From Synechocystis sp. PCC 6803 substr. PCC-P (GTDB lineage: Bacteria; Cyanobacteriota; Cyanobacteriia; Cyanobacteriales; Microcystaceae): DNA of 32,000 nt. Below are positions 14,942-21,856 of the stretch, piece after piece (position 1 is the stretch's first letter; each line of letters starts with the position of its first letter). Made by a program: the position numbers and the translations under genes. The notes under the pieces were generated by a model. The model made no database searches. It saw only the letters and a program-made list of their open reading frames with translations, and had not been told where the DNA came from. The stretch lies in the NCBI RefSeq assembly GCF_000284455.1, contig NC_017039.1:2160001-2192000 (forward strand), given 5' to 3'.

Positions 14942-15730
14942 ATGGGTTACCTGCCAAGCCAAACTGATTTTTTCACCATACCTAAGGGGATGTCGTCCAT
15001 GGTTTTAACTTCCATTAGTACATCAAATATTCCGGCTAAGGTCAAAGGATCTAACTTGTTGGAACATAGTTTAAGAAAGGTTCATCCCAGCAAACATCAC
15101 CACTATCAAGTAGAAGACTTCTTTTGTTTTCAAATGAATTCCGGTTCCATTGTGGACTGGAATAACTGCCGCAATGTTCTTACCAGCGAAGATTTTATCG
15201 TCGGTTTAATTGACGGCTTGCAGGAAGAAGTGGGCAACGCCTCCAGTGTGGTGATGTACAACATCGGCAAGGAGTGGGGCCATTACGATGCCGAATTTTT
15301 TAACCAGTGGTTCCCGACGGAATTTGGCTATACCAGTTCTTTGAGCGAGCTCAATCTTAACTATGTGCTAGAAGGTTGGTGGTGGCCCTTCACCGCCCAG
15401 GGCTGGGGTAACTGGGCCATTGACCTCAGTGAACAGAAAAACGGCTTTTTGTTTGTGGATATTTTCGACTCCGCTGTGGCCCGGACGTTGGGGGATGTGG
15501 GTAAGCCTGTTTGCCATATTTACGCTGGCCTGTTGGCAGGTTTCTTTAGCCGCCTGGTGAATAAGTCCCTCAACTGCATTGAAATTCAGTGCTACGCCAT
15601 GGGGGAAACCTATTGCAAGTTTCTGATTGGTAAGCAAGACCGCATTGATGCCGCCACTTTCTGGCAAAACGAAGGGGCCAATGCCAACGATATTGCCACC
15701 AAACTCGTCAAAGGGGAATACCTGAAATGA
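14942..15730 (+). CDS. V4R (4-vinyl-reductase-type) domain protein, first gene of the cluster (slr0144-like)
   Basis: 262-aa ORF. The C-terminal V4R-type pattern is KPVCHIYAGLLAGFFSRLVNKSLNCIEIQCYAMGETYCKFLIG. An alternative start ATG at 14990 (MSSMVL...) cannot be excluded. The stop overlaps the next start (ATGA at 15727-15730). Confidence 0.8.
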   Translation: MGYLPSQTDFFTIPKGMSSMVLTSISTSNIPAKVKGSNLLEHSLRKVHPSKHHHYQVEDFFCFQMNSGSIVDWNNCRNVLTSEDFIVGLIDGLQEEVGNASSVVMYNIGKEWGHYDAEFFNQWFPTEFGYTSSLSELNLNYVLEGWWWPFTAQGWGNWAIDLSEQKNGFLFVDIFDSAVARTLGDVGKPVCHIYAGLLAGFFSRLVNKSLNCIEIQCYAMGETYCKFLIGKQDRIDAATFWQNEGANANDIATKLVKGEYLK

Positions 15731-16137
15731 TTCATCAAGCCCAGTGGGGGCAAATGAAGGTAGGGGATTTTTTCCGGGGCTACAACTGGCAGGGAGCACC
15801 GCCAGTGCTGGAATGTTCGGTAACGGAAGAAAGTTTGGATAATTTACCTTCTTTGCTCTGTCTGTCGGTGGCGGACTTTTTTACCCAGGCAAATTGGACT
15901 GGTCAGCGCCCCCATGCTCCAGAGGAAAATTTACCGGCCCTACATCGTCCCAAAGCTCCTCCCCGTCCCCTTTCTCTCACTGCTTCGGTGGCGGAATTTT
16001 GTCGGGGCATTGATTGGCATGGGCAAAGTTTATCGAGGGGAACCTTACCCCAGGCTAAGGCCCCAGTCCAGTCCAGGGAACCAGTGGCCAAGCTTGAACC
16101 AACCATCGGCTTGGAAGATCTTTCCGATTTATTTTAA
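15727..16137 (+). CDS. Small Pro-rich protein with three V[GA][DE]F[FC]...[ND]W.G motifs (slr0145-like)
   Basis: 136-aa ORF whose start overlaps the upstream stop by 4 nt (ATGA), which suggests translational coupling. Internal repeats lie at 15760-15795, 15868-15903 and 15988-16023. Confidence 0.7.
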   Translation: MIHQAQWGQMKVGDFFRGYNWQGAPPVLECSVTEESLDNLPSLLCLSVADFFTQANWTGQRPHAPEENLPALHRPKAPPRPLSLTASVAEFCRGIDWHGQSLSRGTLPQAKAPVQSREPVAKLEPTIGLEDLSDLF

Positions 16138-16151
16138 GGACCCGTAAAACT

Positions 16152-16664
16152 ATGCAAAAAGATTTTGAACGGCTTTTTCATCGGGCCGAAGACCACTATC
16201 TCCAACCTCCGGAAATCATTTCCTTTCATAAGCAACTGGGGTTGATGCGGGAACGGTTGAGTGCTTACCGTCTACTCCGGGACAACGAAATTGTCATTTT
16301 TCAGGCGATCGCCGATCGGTTAGAAGAGGAATTTAGCAACGTCCCGGCAACCCAATTACAACAGGCCCTTCTGCACTGGATTAGCGTTTTGCGCTATGGG
16401 GCCATGGCCATGCTCCTCAGTAATCCGGAATATCTCCAATACCGTTTACTGGAATGGCTCGAAGGTATGGTTCAAGCCCACGACCTATTGGCGATCGAAA
16501 TCCGACTATCCGCATTACTCAAGGAACAGTTGGAGTCCCTCTTGGGTGGCCCCCAATACCGTCTCCTAGAACCCTTTCTAGTTCAGGCCGACCAAACCAT
16601 CCTCGGCCAAGCCCCCGCCGCCGTTGCAGAGGAAGAAGCAGAAATGATGACCCTAGGAGAGTAA
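16152..16664 (+). CDS. Phycobiliprotein-fold (globin-like) protein lacking the bilin Cys (slr0146-like)
   Basis: 170 aa. It aligns by eye to the allophycocyanin N-terminus and to the helix-E region (...LLHWISVLRYGAMAML versus ...CLRDLDYYLRLITYGIV). The Cys position is Ala. Confidence 0.7.
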   Translation: MQKDFERLFHRAEDHYLQPPEIISFHKQLGLMRERLSAYRLLRDNEIVIFQAIADRLEEEFSNVPATQLQQALLHWISVLRYGAMAMLLSNPEYLQYRLLEWLEGMVQAHDLLAIEIRLSALLKEQLESLLGGPQYRLLEPFLVQADQTILGQAPAAVAEEEAEMMTLGE

Positions 16665-16666
16665 CC

Positions 16667-17332
16667 ATGATTGATGTCAATGCCCTAATTAATGCCCAAC
16701 CCCCCAAAGGCAACTACTTTGCCCCCGACGTTTACCTCCAAGGAGACAACGAATTTGGCCTTTTGGAAAACCGCAGTGGGGCTCGCCTCATTGCTTTGCC
16801 AGACACCTTAATTAAGGGTTTATTTACGGCCATCGATTCAGAACTCGGCATTGGCGCTGGGGTAGCCCTCACCGCCTGTGGCAAAACCTGGGGCAGTGCT
16901 TTCTACAAACGCTTTGCCGATGAACTCCAGGAGTATTACGGCAAACCCATCCAAGCGATGGAAATGGTGGAATTTCTGCAAACCTTTAAACAGTGCTGGA
17001 AATCCCATGGTTACGGCCTGGTGGACATCGACTTAAAGTACTACCAAAACGGCTTCATTGTCGCTGAAGTGGTCAATTCTCCCTTTGTAGCCTGTGCTCC
17101 CCAGGGTAAATGCCCCATGGGTTTCCTGGAAGCGGGAATTCTCACCGCCTTTTTCTCCCAGTTAACGGGGGAAAACCTCCACTGTGAACAGACCACCTGT
17201 GAATCCCTAGGGGCAGAAAAAAATCTGTTCATCCTCGGTCTCAAGGAACGGCTCAAACCAGTTTCTGCTTGGTTAACAGAAGGCCATGACCATGCCACCA
17301 TTATGGAATTGCTCTGTCGCCAACAGGGTTAA
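16667..17332 (+). CDS. V4R domain protein, second copy (slr0147-like)
   Basis: In-frame ATG at 16667, 2 nt after the upstream TAA (16662-16664), preceded by AGGAGA (about 16655-16660). The ORF-track start at 16454 would overlap the previous gene by 211 nt with a Pro/Arg-rich, non-protein-like extension. V4R-like C-terminus: CPMGFLEAGILTAFFSQLTGENLHCEQTTCESLGAEKNLFILG. Confidence 0.75.
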   Translation: MIDVNALINAQPPKGNYFAPDVYLQGDNEFGLLENRSGARLIALPDTLIKGLFTAIDSELGIGAGVALTACGKTWGSAFYKRFADELQEYYGKPIQAMEMVEFLQTFKQCWKSHGYGLVDIDLKYYQNGFIVAEVVNSPFVACAPQGKCPMGFLEAGILTAFFSQLTGENLHCEQTTCESLGAEKNLFILGLKERLKPVSAWLTEGHDHATIMELLCRQQG

Positions 17333-17363
17333 TGCCATTGTTGCCAGTACTAAGGAGGATTGT

Positions 17364-17846
17364 GTGGCTAAAACTATTAAGCTCGACCCCATTGATTTAA
17401 AAGTCGCCATCGAGACCAACGATAACCTGCTCTCGGGGTTGCTCGGTCAGGATTTACGGATCATGAAGGAGTGTGGTGGTCGGGGTATGTGTGCCACTTG
17501 TCACGTTTACATCACCGCTGGGATGGAGAGTCTTTCTCCCCTCAACCGTCGGGAGCAGCGCACCCTAGAGGTGATCACCACCCACAATCGTTATTCCCGT
17601 TTGGCTTGCCAAGCCCGGGTGTTGGATGAAGGCGTGGTGGTGGAATTGCCCGCTGGGATGTACGTCAGTGAAATTGAGGACATCGAGGAGCTGATTGGCC
17701 GTCGAGCGGAGGAAAATATTCTCAATCCTCGGGATGGGAGCATCCTAGTGGAAAAAGGTAAGTTAATTACCCGTTCCATGATTAGTCAACTAGATGACCA
17801 GTTACAGGCGGCCAAAATTCAGATTGTCAACGATACCGATGAATAA
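17364..17846 (+). CDS. 2Fe-2S ferredoxin with C-X5-C-X2-C-X35-C spacing and a C-terminal tail of about 60 aa (Fed5/slr0148-like)
   Basis: Cys ligand motif: ECGGRGMCATCHV...(35 aa)...LACQ. I prefer the GTG at 17364 as start, because a strong SD AAGGAGG (17352-17358) lies 5 nt upstream. The ORF-track ATG at 17286 would overlap the upstream gene by 47 nt. Confidence 0.75.
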   Translation: MAKTIKLDPIDLKVAIETNDNLLSGLLGQDLRIMKECGGRGMCATCHVYITAGMESLSPLNRREQRTLEVITTHNRYSRLACQARVLDEGVVVELPAGMYVSEIEDIEELIGRRAEENILNPRDGSILVEKGKLITRSMISQLDDQLQAAKIQIVNDTDE

Positions 17847-17899
17847 TTTCCTGGCTGACTGTGGCGGTTTAATGTTTGTTTTTATGAGGATTCTTATTT

Positions 17900-18370
17900 A
17901 TGTTTAAGCCGTTGACTCGTCTCACCATTGATGCGGATGGTCGCTATGCTACGGACCAGGAGTTGCAATTCCTCCAGGACTTTTTAGACACAGCGGAAAC
18001 CCGTATCAGTGCCTACGAAAAAATCCGGGATAGTGAAGAGCAAATTATCCACCGTTGGGAAGCCCAAAAGCGGGGTCTACCCCAGGATACTTTCCACATG
18101 GGCAATCGGGATGTGACGGAAATTTGCCGGCGGGACATGACTAATGTGTTCCGTTGTTCAATTACAGCCATCCTGTTTGGGGATTTGGACCGTCTGCGGG
18201 AGGGTCTATTAATTTGGTATCAGACCATTGTGCGGGCTTACAACTATACTGAATACGCCAAGATTAGCTATAAGGTAATTCAGGAAACCATTAAGGAATT
18301 TCTGGAGCCGGATGAGGTGGCCATGGTGTTACCAGCACTGAAGTTAGACCACACCATTCTTAGTAGTTAA
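17900..18370 (+). CDS. Phycobiliprotein-fold (globin-like) protein retaining a CxRD motif (slr0149-like)
   Basis: 156 aa. IDADGRYATDQELQFL... aligns with ApcA NADAEARYLSPGELDRI. TEICRRDMTNVFR aligns with TATCLRDLDYYLR. The Cys codon TGC is at 18125-18127. Confidence 0.75.
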   Translation: MFKPLTRLTIDADGRYATDQELQFLQDFLDTAETRISAYEKIRDSEEQIIHRWEAQKRGLPQDTFHMGNRDVTEICRRDMTNVFRCSITAILFGDLDRLREGLLIWYQTIVRAYNYTEYAKISYKVIQETIKEFLEPDEVAMVLPALKLDHTILSS

Positions 18371-18403
18371 TTTGCTAGTTTCAGTCCATTGTTTGGGTCA
18401 TTC

Positions 18404-18715
18404 ATGGGTGCAATTTATTCCGTCAATTTAGTCAATCCAGCTACGGGCAGTGATGTCACCATTGAGGTGGCGGAGGATGAGTTAATTCTAGAAGCGGCGG
18501 AAAATCAGGGATTGGATTTGCCCTATTCCTGTCGGGCAGCTTCCTGTGTGGCCTGTGCCGGTCGTTTGCTGGAGGGGACGGTTGAGCATACGGATAAAGG
18601 CTCCGATTTCCTCAAGCCGGAGGAGTTGGCGGCGGGTTGTGTGTTGCTCTGTGCGGCCTATGCCACTTCTGATTGCAAAATTCTTACTCACCAAGAGGAA
18701 GCGTTGTTTGGTTAG
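18404..18715 (+). CDS. petF: Plant-type [2Fe-2S] ferredoxin, petF-like (Fed4/slr0150-like)
   Basis: YSVNLVNPATGSDVTIEVAEDELILEAAENQGLDLPYSCRAASCVACAGRLLEG...AGCVLLCAAYATSDCKI shows canonical C-X4-C-X2-C...C. I chose the ATG at 18404 over the track's TTG at 18389. Confidence 0.85.
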   Translation: MGAIYSVNLVNPATGSDVTIEVAEDELILEAAENQGLDLPYSCRAASCVACAGRLLEGTVEHTDKGSDFLKPEELAAGCVLLCAAYATSDCKILTHQEEALFG

Positions 18716-18839
18716 GCCCCGGAATGTTAGTCCAGCGGAGTTTTTCCTGAGGATGCCCAAGCTGTTCAAATTACGTTGATGAGTTTTTTTAGCTCTAGCA
18801 ATCTGTGTTTTACCCATTGTCGACAAAGGAATCAGGATT

Positions 18840-19802
18840 ATGATGGAAAATCAAGTTAATGAGCAAACAGTAACTTCCCCAGAAAATGGATCCTCAGCCA
18901 CCGGCTACAACTCCGGGATCTGGGATGGGCTGTCGGTGGTGGCCTTAATCGGTGGGGCGATCGCCAGTGTGGTCTTGCCTGCTAACCCAGCGGCGGGGGT
19001 AATTCCAGTAGCAGCAGGGGTGGGACTGCATTTGTTTAACCGTAAGCAGTTGGAAGAGCATTTACTGGCTAATCAACGGGCCACAGCGGCTCAAATTGTC
19101 CAGTTGGTCAATCAAAATCAAGCCCACCTACAGGAGTATCTACAAAAATTCCAAGGAGATATTCAAACTTCCCTTGGCCAACAACAACAGGCGATCGCCG
19201 CGAACCAAGAAAATTTGACCAAGGCTTTGGCAGAAAAATCCCTAGCTCTCCAAGGGAAGTTGGAAGCTTTCCAAGCCGCTGCTGCCCAAACCCATGCCGG
19301 TTTGGATATTAAACACCAAGACCTGCTGGCCGTGGTGACCGAATTACGCACCATGGAAGGTTGCACCCAGAGTCTTGCCGCCTATCCCCACGCCGAAGCC
19401 TATTACCAAAGGGGTTTAAGCCATTACCGTTTAGAAGATTGGGCCGAAGCCGTGCGGGATTGTACGGAAGCCATCCGCCTTAGGGGGGATTTGGCCGGCG
19501 CTTTTCACCATCGAGGCATGGCCTACGCTCGTTTGGATAACCGCAAGCAGGCTACAGACGATCTGCGTCAGGCCTACAAGCTCTATTTTGACCAGGGGGA
19601 TTTGGACAGTTATGAAGTCGCCCGAGCGCTCCATAAGCAGTACTATGAAGGGCCAGTGGAAGACCTAGAGCTAGAGCCGACCCCGGTAATGCCCCCGGCG
19701 GAGGGAGTTGGCCATGAGGCCTATATTGCCGATCCAGACCGGGAAATTAAACCCCTGTTGGCCGAAGAAAGCGATACCACCGCAGCTAACCTATTTGGTT
19801 AA
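18840..19802 (+). CDS. Membrane-anchored coiled-coil + TPR protein (Slr0151-like)
   Basis: 320 aa, with these parts:
- Hydrophobic segment: GLSVVALIGGAIASVVLPANPAAGVIPVAAGVGLHLF.
- Gln/Ala-rich coiled-coil region.
- TPR units: AEAYYQRGLSHYRLEDWAEAVRDCTEAIRL / AGAFHHRGMAYARLDNRKQATDDLRQAYKLY. Confidence 0.8.
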   Translation: MMENQVNEQTVTSPENGSSATGYNSGIWDGLSVVALIGGAIASVVLPANPAAGVIPVAAGVGLHLFNRKQLEEHLLANQRATAAQIVQLVNQNQAHLQEYLQKFQGDIQTSLGQQQQAIAANQENLTKALAEKSLALQGKLEAFQAAAAQTHAGLDIKHQDLLAVVTELRTMEGCTQSLAAYPHAEAYYQRGLSHYRLEDWAEAVRDCTEAIRLRGDLAGAFHHRGMAYARLDNRKQATDDLRQAYKLYFDQGDLDSYEVARALHKQYYEGPVEDLELEPTPVMPPAEGVGHEAYIADPDREIKPLLAEESDTTAANLFG

Positions 19803-19870
19803 AACTCCAGTTTTAGCCCCCCGGCCAAGACTTTCTCTATTGCCTCCCAGACAACAACAACAGTAATAAT

Positions 19871-19922
19871 CGCCTAGGACAAAGGTAAGATGGAATCACT
19901 CCCCGTCCTAGGCGTATTTTTT
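19871..19922 (+). promoter_or_regulatory. Perfect 10-bp inverted repeat (cgcctaggac / gtcctaggcg) enclosing the SD-like AAAGG and the ATG at 19890, followed by TATTTTTT
   Basis: Left arm 19871-19880, right arm 19905-19914 (an exact reverse complement, checked base by base). The 24-nt loop contains aaaggtaagATG. T6 run at 19917-19922 sits immediately before a second in-frame ATG at 19923. Confidence 0.45.
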
Positions 19923-21785
19923 ATGGTAAAGACTGCCAATGTGGCGGTTATGCCGCTGTTTCCCCGCTCCCAATATAGAATCATTGGACAGATCGGACAG
20001 GGACAGTTCGGGCGGGTTTACTGTGCTATTCACCGGACTACGGGCAAAATGTATGCCCTGAAGGATTTAGAACATCGGGTATTTCCCACTAATAAATTTC
20101 TGCGGGAACTGTCCTATCTGTTGACCCTGCGCCATCCCAACATTGTGGCTTGCCATGGTTTGGAGTACCATCCTGGGGGCCGCTATTTGGTGATGGATTA
20201 CTGTGAGGGGGGAACTCTGCGGGACATTATTGATGGGGACGGAGATTTATGTTTGGCGGGAAAAATAGATTTATTAAGACAAATATTGCTGGGTTTGGCC
20301 CAAGCCCATCAGCATGACATTGTCCACTGTGACCTTAAACCGGAAAATATCCTGTTAATACCCCGGGCAGAGGGATGGCAGGTAAAAGTATCAGATTTTG
20401 GCATTGCTCGCCTAACAGCTAAAACGGGCAATCCTAATTTCAGCAAGGGTTACACTGGTTCTCCCGCCTATATGGCCCCGGAACGGTTCTACGGCAAGTT
20501 TTCTGTAGCTTCCGACATTTATGCTGTGGGTATTTTGCTGTACGAGCTCATCGTCGGCGATCGCCCGTTTTCAGGATTTCCTAAAGCGTTGCAGGCAGCC
20601 CATCTCAATGTCCGCTTAACCTTACCGCCGGAATTTCCTCCCTTACTTGCCCCCATTGTCCAACGGGCTTTGGAGAAATTACCCCAAAGACGATTTCCCA
20701 ATGCCACAGCCATGGCCAGTGATTTGGCCACGGTTCAAAAACAAATATTGGAACAGGATCCCCCCAGGGGTAACGGCTATCTTTACCATCACTTGGCTCC
20801 AGCTCCGCTAGCCTTTACGGCCACAGTCAAACACAGTACTCCCTTGTTATTTCCCATTAGTCACCTAACTGGGGCAGGACTTTGGTTATACCTAGGCAAT
20901 GGGGCCGAACTGTACCTATGGGAGTATGGCGATGGAAATGTGGAGCACCATCCTTTGCCCCGCTGGGCGTTGGGTTTACCGGGAACCATAGCTAATCTGG
21001 AAGTAAATCAAGACCAAATTAGCCTCTTAATCCAGGGAGGTGAACCAGGAGAATGGCAATTTTACCAGTGGCGAGAAACCCTACTTGGCGCTCTCTCTCT
21101 CCCCAAACCTCGCATTAATTTGCGGGCAGAGCGTCTGTTGGCCAATCTAAGCCCCGGTGGTAAAACTTTGGCAGTGGTAGTAGGCGATCGGGACAGTGAA
21201 AAAGGCCATTTTCAATTATGGCGCACTGACCACAGCTTACCTGTGGCTGCAGCCGTAGTAATTCGATGGCCGGATCAACTGCTCACCCTAGACCAAAACC
21301 ATGGCCTGTTGGTGCAGTCTCAATCAACGGCAAGTTATTGTCATACTATTTTTTTCCTGTTTAATCGGCGGGGGTCCCTGTTTCCAGCCTTTCGCCTTTC
21401 TTTTTTGGTATTTCAATTGGTAGTTAATCGCTACTCCCGCAACCATCTGTTTGGCTTGGCCGATAATGCTCCCTACACTGGTATTTTGATTCGTCTGCAA
21501 CCCCTGAAAGTCAATCGCATTGCCCTAACTATCCAGCCCCAATTCATTGAGCCTTTTCCCTGGGGTTATCTACTAGCCGATCGCCATGGGGAAGTAGCTT
21601 TGTTGGACTATGAAGGTTTTTTATTTGGCAATTTTTCCCTCGGGGAAACCATCACGGCGATCGCCCCCATGGGTCGCTATCTCTGTTTATTTGCTACCTG
21701 GCAGGGCAATGGGGGAACTTTACGTCTTCTGGATTTGGGTCCCCAAGTGGAAAACATTATTCGCCAACGCCAGGAAAAACGCTAA
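19890..21785 (+). CDS. spkG: Hanks-type Ser/Thr protein kinase with a C-terminal domain of about 340 aa of unknown fold (SpkG/slr0152-like)
   Basis: Kinase motifs:
- G-loop GQGQFGRVY.
- VAIK-like YALKD.
- Catalytic loop HCDLKPENIL.
- DFG.
- SPAYMAPE.

Alternative in-frame starts are at 19923 (MVKT...) and 19950 (MPLF...). Confidence 0.85.
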   Translation: MESLPVLGVFFMVKTANVAVMPLFPRSQYRIIGQIGQGQFGRVYCAIHRTTGKMYALKDLEHRVFPTNKFLRELSYLLTLRHPNIVACHGLEYHPGGRYLVMDYCEGGTLRDIIDGDGDLCLAGKIDLLRQILLGLAQAHQHDIVHCDLKPENILLIPRAEGWQVKVSDFGIARLTAKTGNPNFSKGYTGSPAYMAPERFYGKFSVASDIYAVGILLYELIVGDRPFSGFPKALQAAHLNVRLTLPPEFPPLLAPIVQRALEKLPQRRFPNATAMASDLATVQKQILEQDPPRGNGYLYHHLAPAPLAFTATVKHSTPLLFPISHLTGAGLWLYLGNGAELYLWEYGDGNVEHHPLPRWALGLPGTIANLEVNQDQISLLIQGGEPGEWQFYQWRETLLGALSLPKPRINLRAERLLANLSPGGKTLAVVVGDRDSEKGHFQLWRTDHSLPVAAAVVIRWPDQLLTLDQNHGLLVQSQSTASYCHTIFFLFNRRGSLFPAFRLSFLVFQLVVNRYSRNHLFGLADNAPYTGILIRLQPLKVNRIALTIQPQFIEPFPWGYLLADRHGEVALLDYEGFLFGNFSLGETITAIAPMGRYLCLFATWQGNGGTLRLLDLGPQVENIIRQRQEKR

Positions 21786-21856
21786 AACCACAGACTGTAA
21801 GATTGGATTTCTGGCTAGTCATGGTGGAATTTTTAGAATAAAAATTGACAAAATCC

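Noticed and set aside
14762-14962. 66-aa minus-strand ORF in the leader region of the cluster, overlapping the ATG at 14942
   Set aside because: It is short, has no recognisable motif or RBS, and overlaps the start of the V4R gene. I cannot exclude a small divergent gene, but there is no positive evidence. The palindrome at 14767-14785 lies in its last codons.
15368-16147. Overlapping ORFs 15368-15799 (-), 15903-16106 (-) and 15914-16147 (+)
   Set aside because: They overlap the V4R and triple-motif genes in other frames. Their translations are Pro/Arg/Gly-rich with no motifs. The operon's start/stop coupling supports the chosen frames.
16454-16666. N-terminal 71-codon extension of the second V4R ORF
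   Set aside because: It would overlap the upstream globin-fold gene by 211 nt. The peptide (RRYGSSPRPIGDRNPTIRITQGTVGVPLGWPPIPSPRT...) is not protein-like. An ATG with an AGGAGA SD sits right after the upstream stop.
18488-18826. ORFs 18488-18826 (-) and 18546-18779 (+) over the petF-like gene and the following spacer
   Set aside because: They overlap a canonical ferredoxin ORF. Their translations are Arg-rich with no motifs.
21786-21856. Expected bidirectional terminator between the convergent genes
   Set aside because: I looked for a GC-rich hairpin with flanking T/A runs and found only 4-5-bp complementarities, which is not enough to call.
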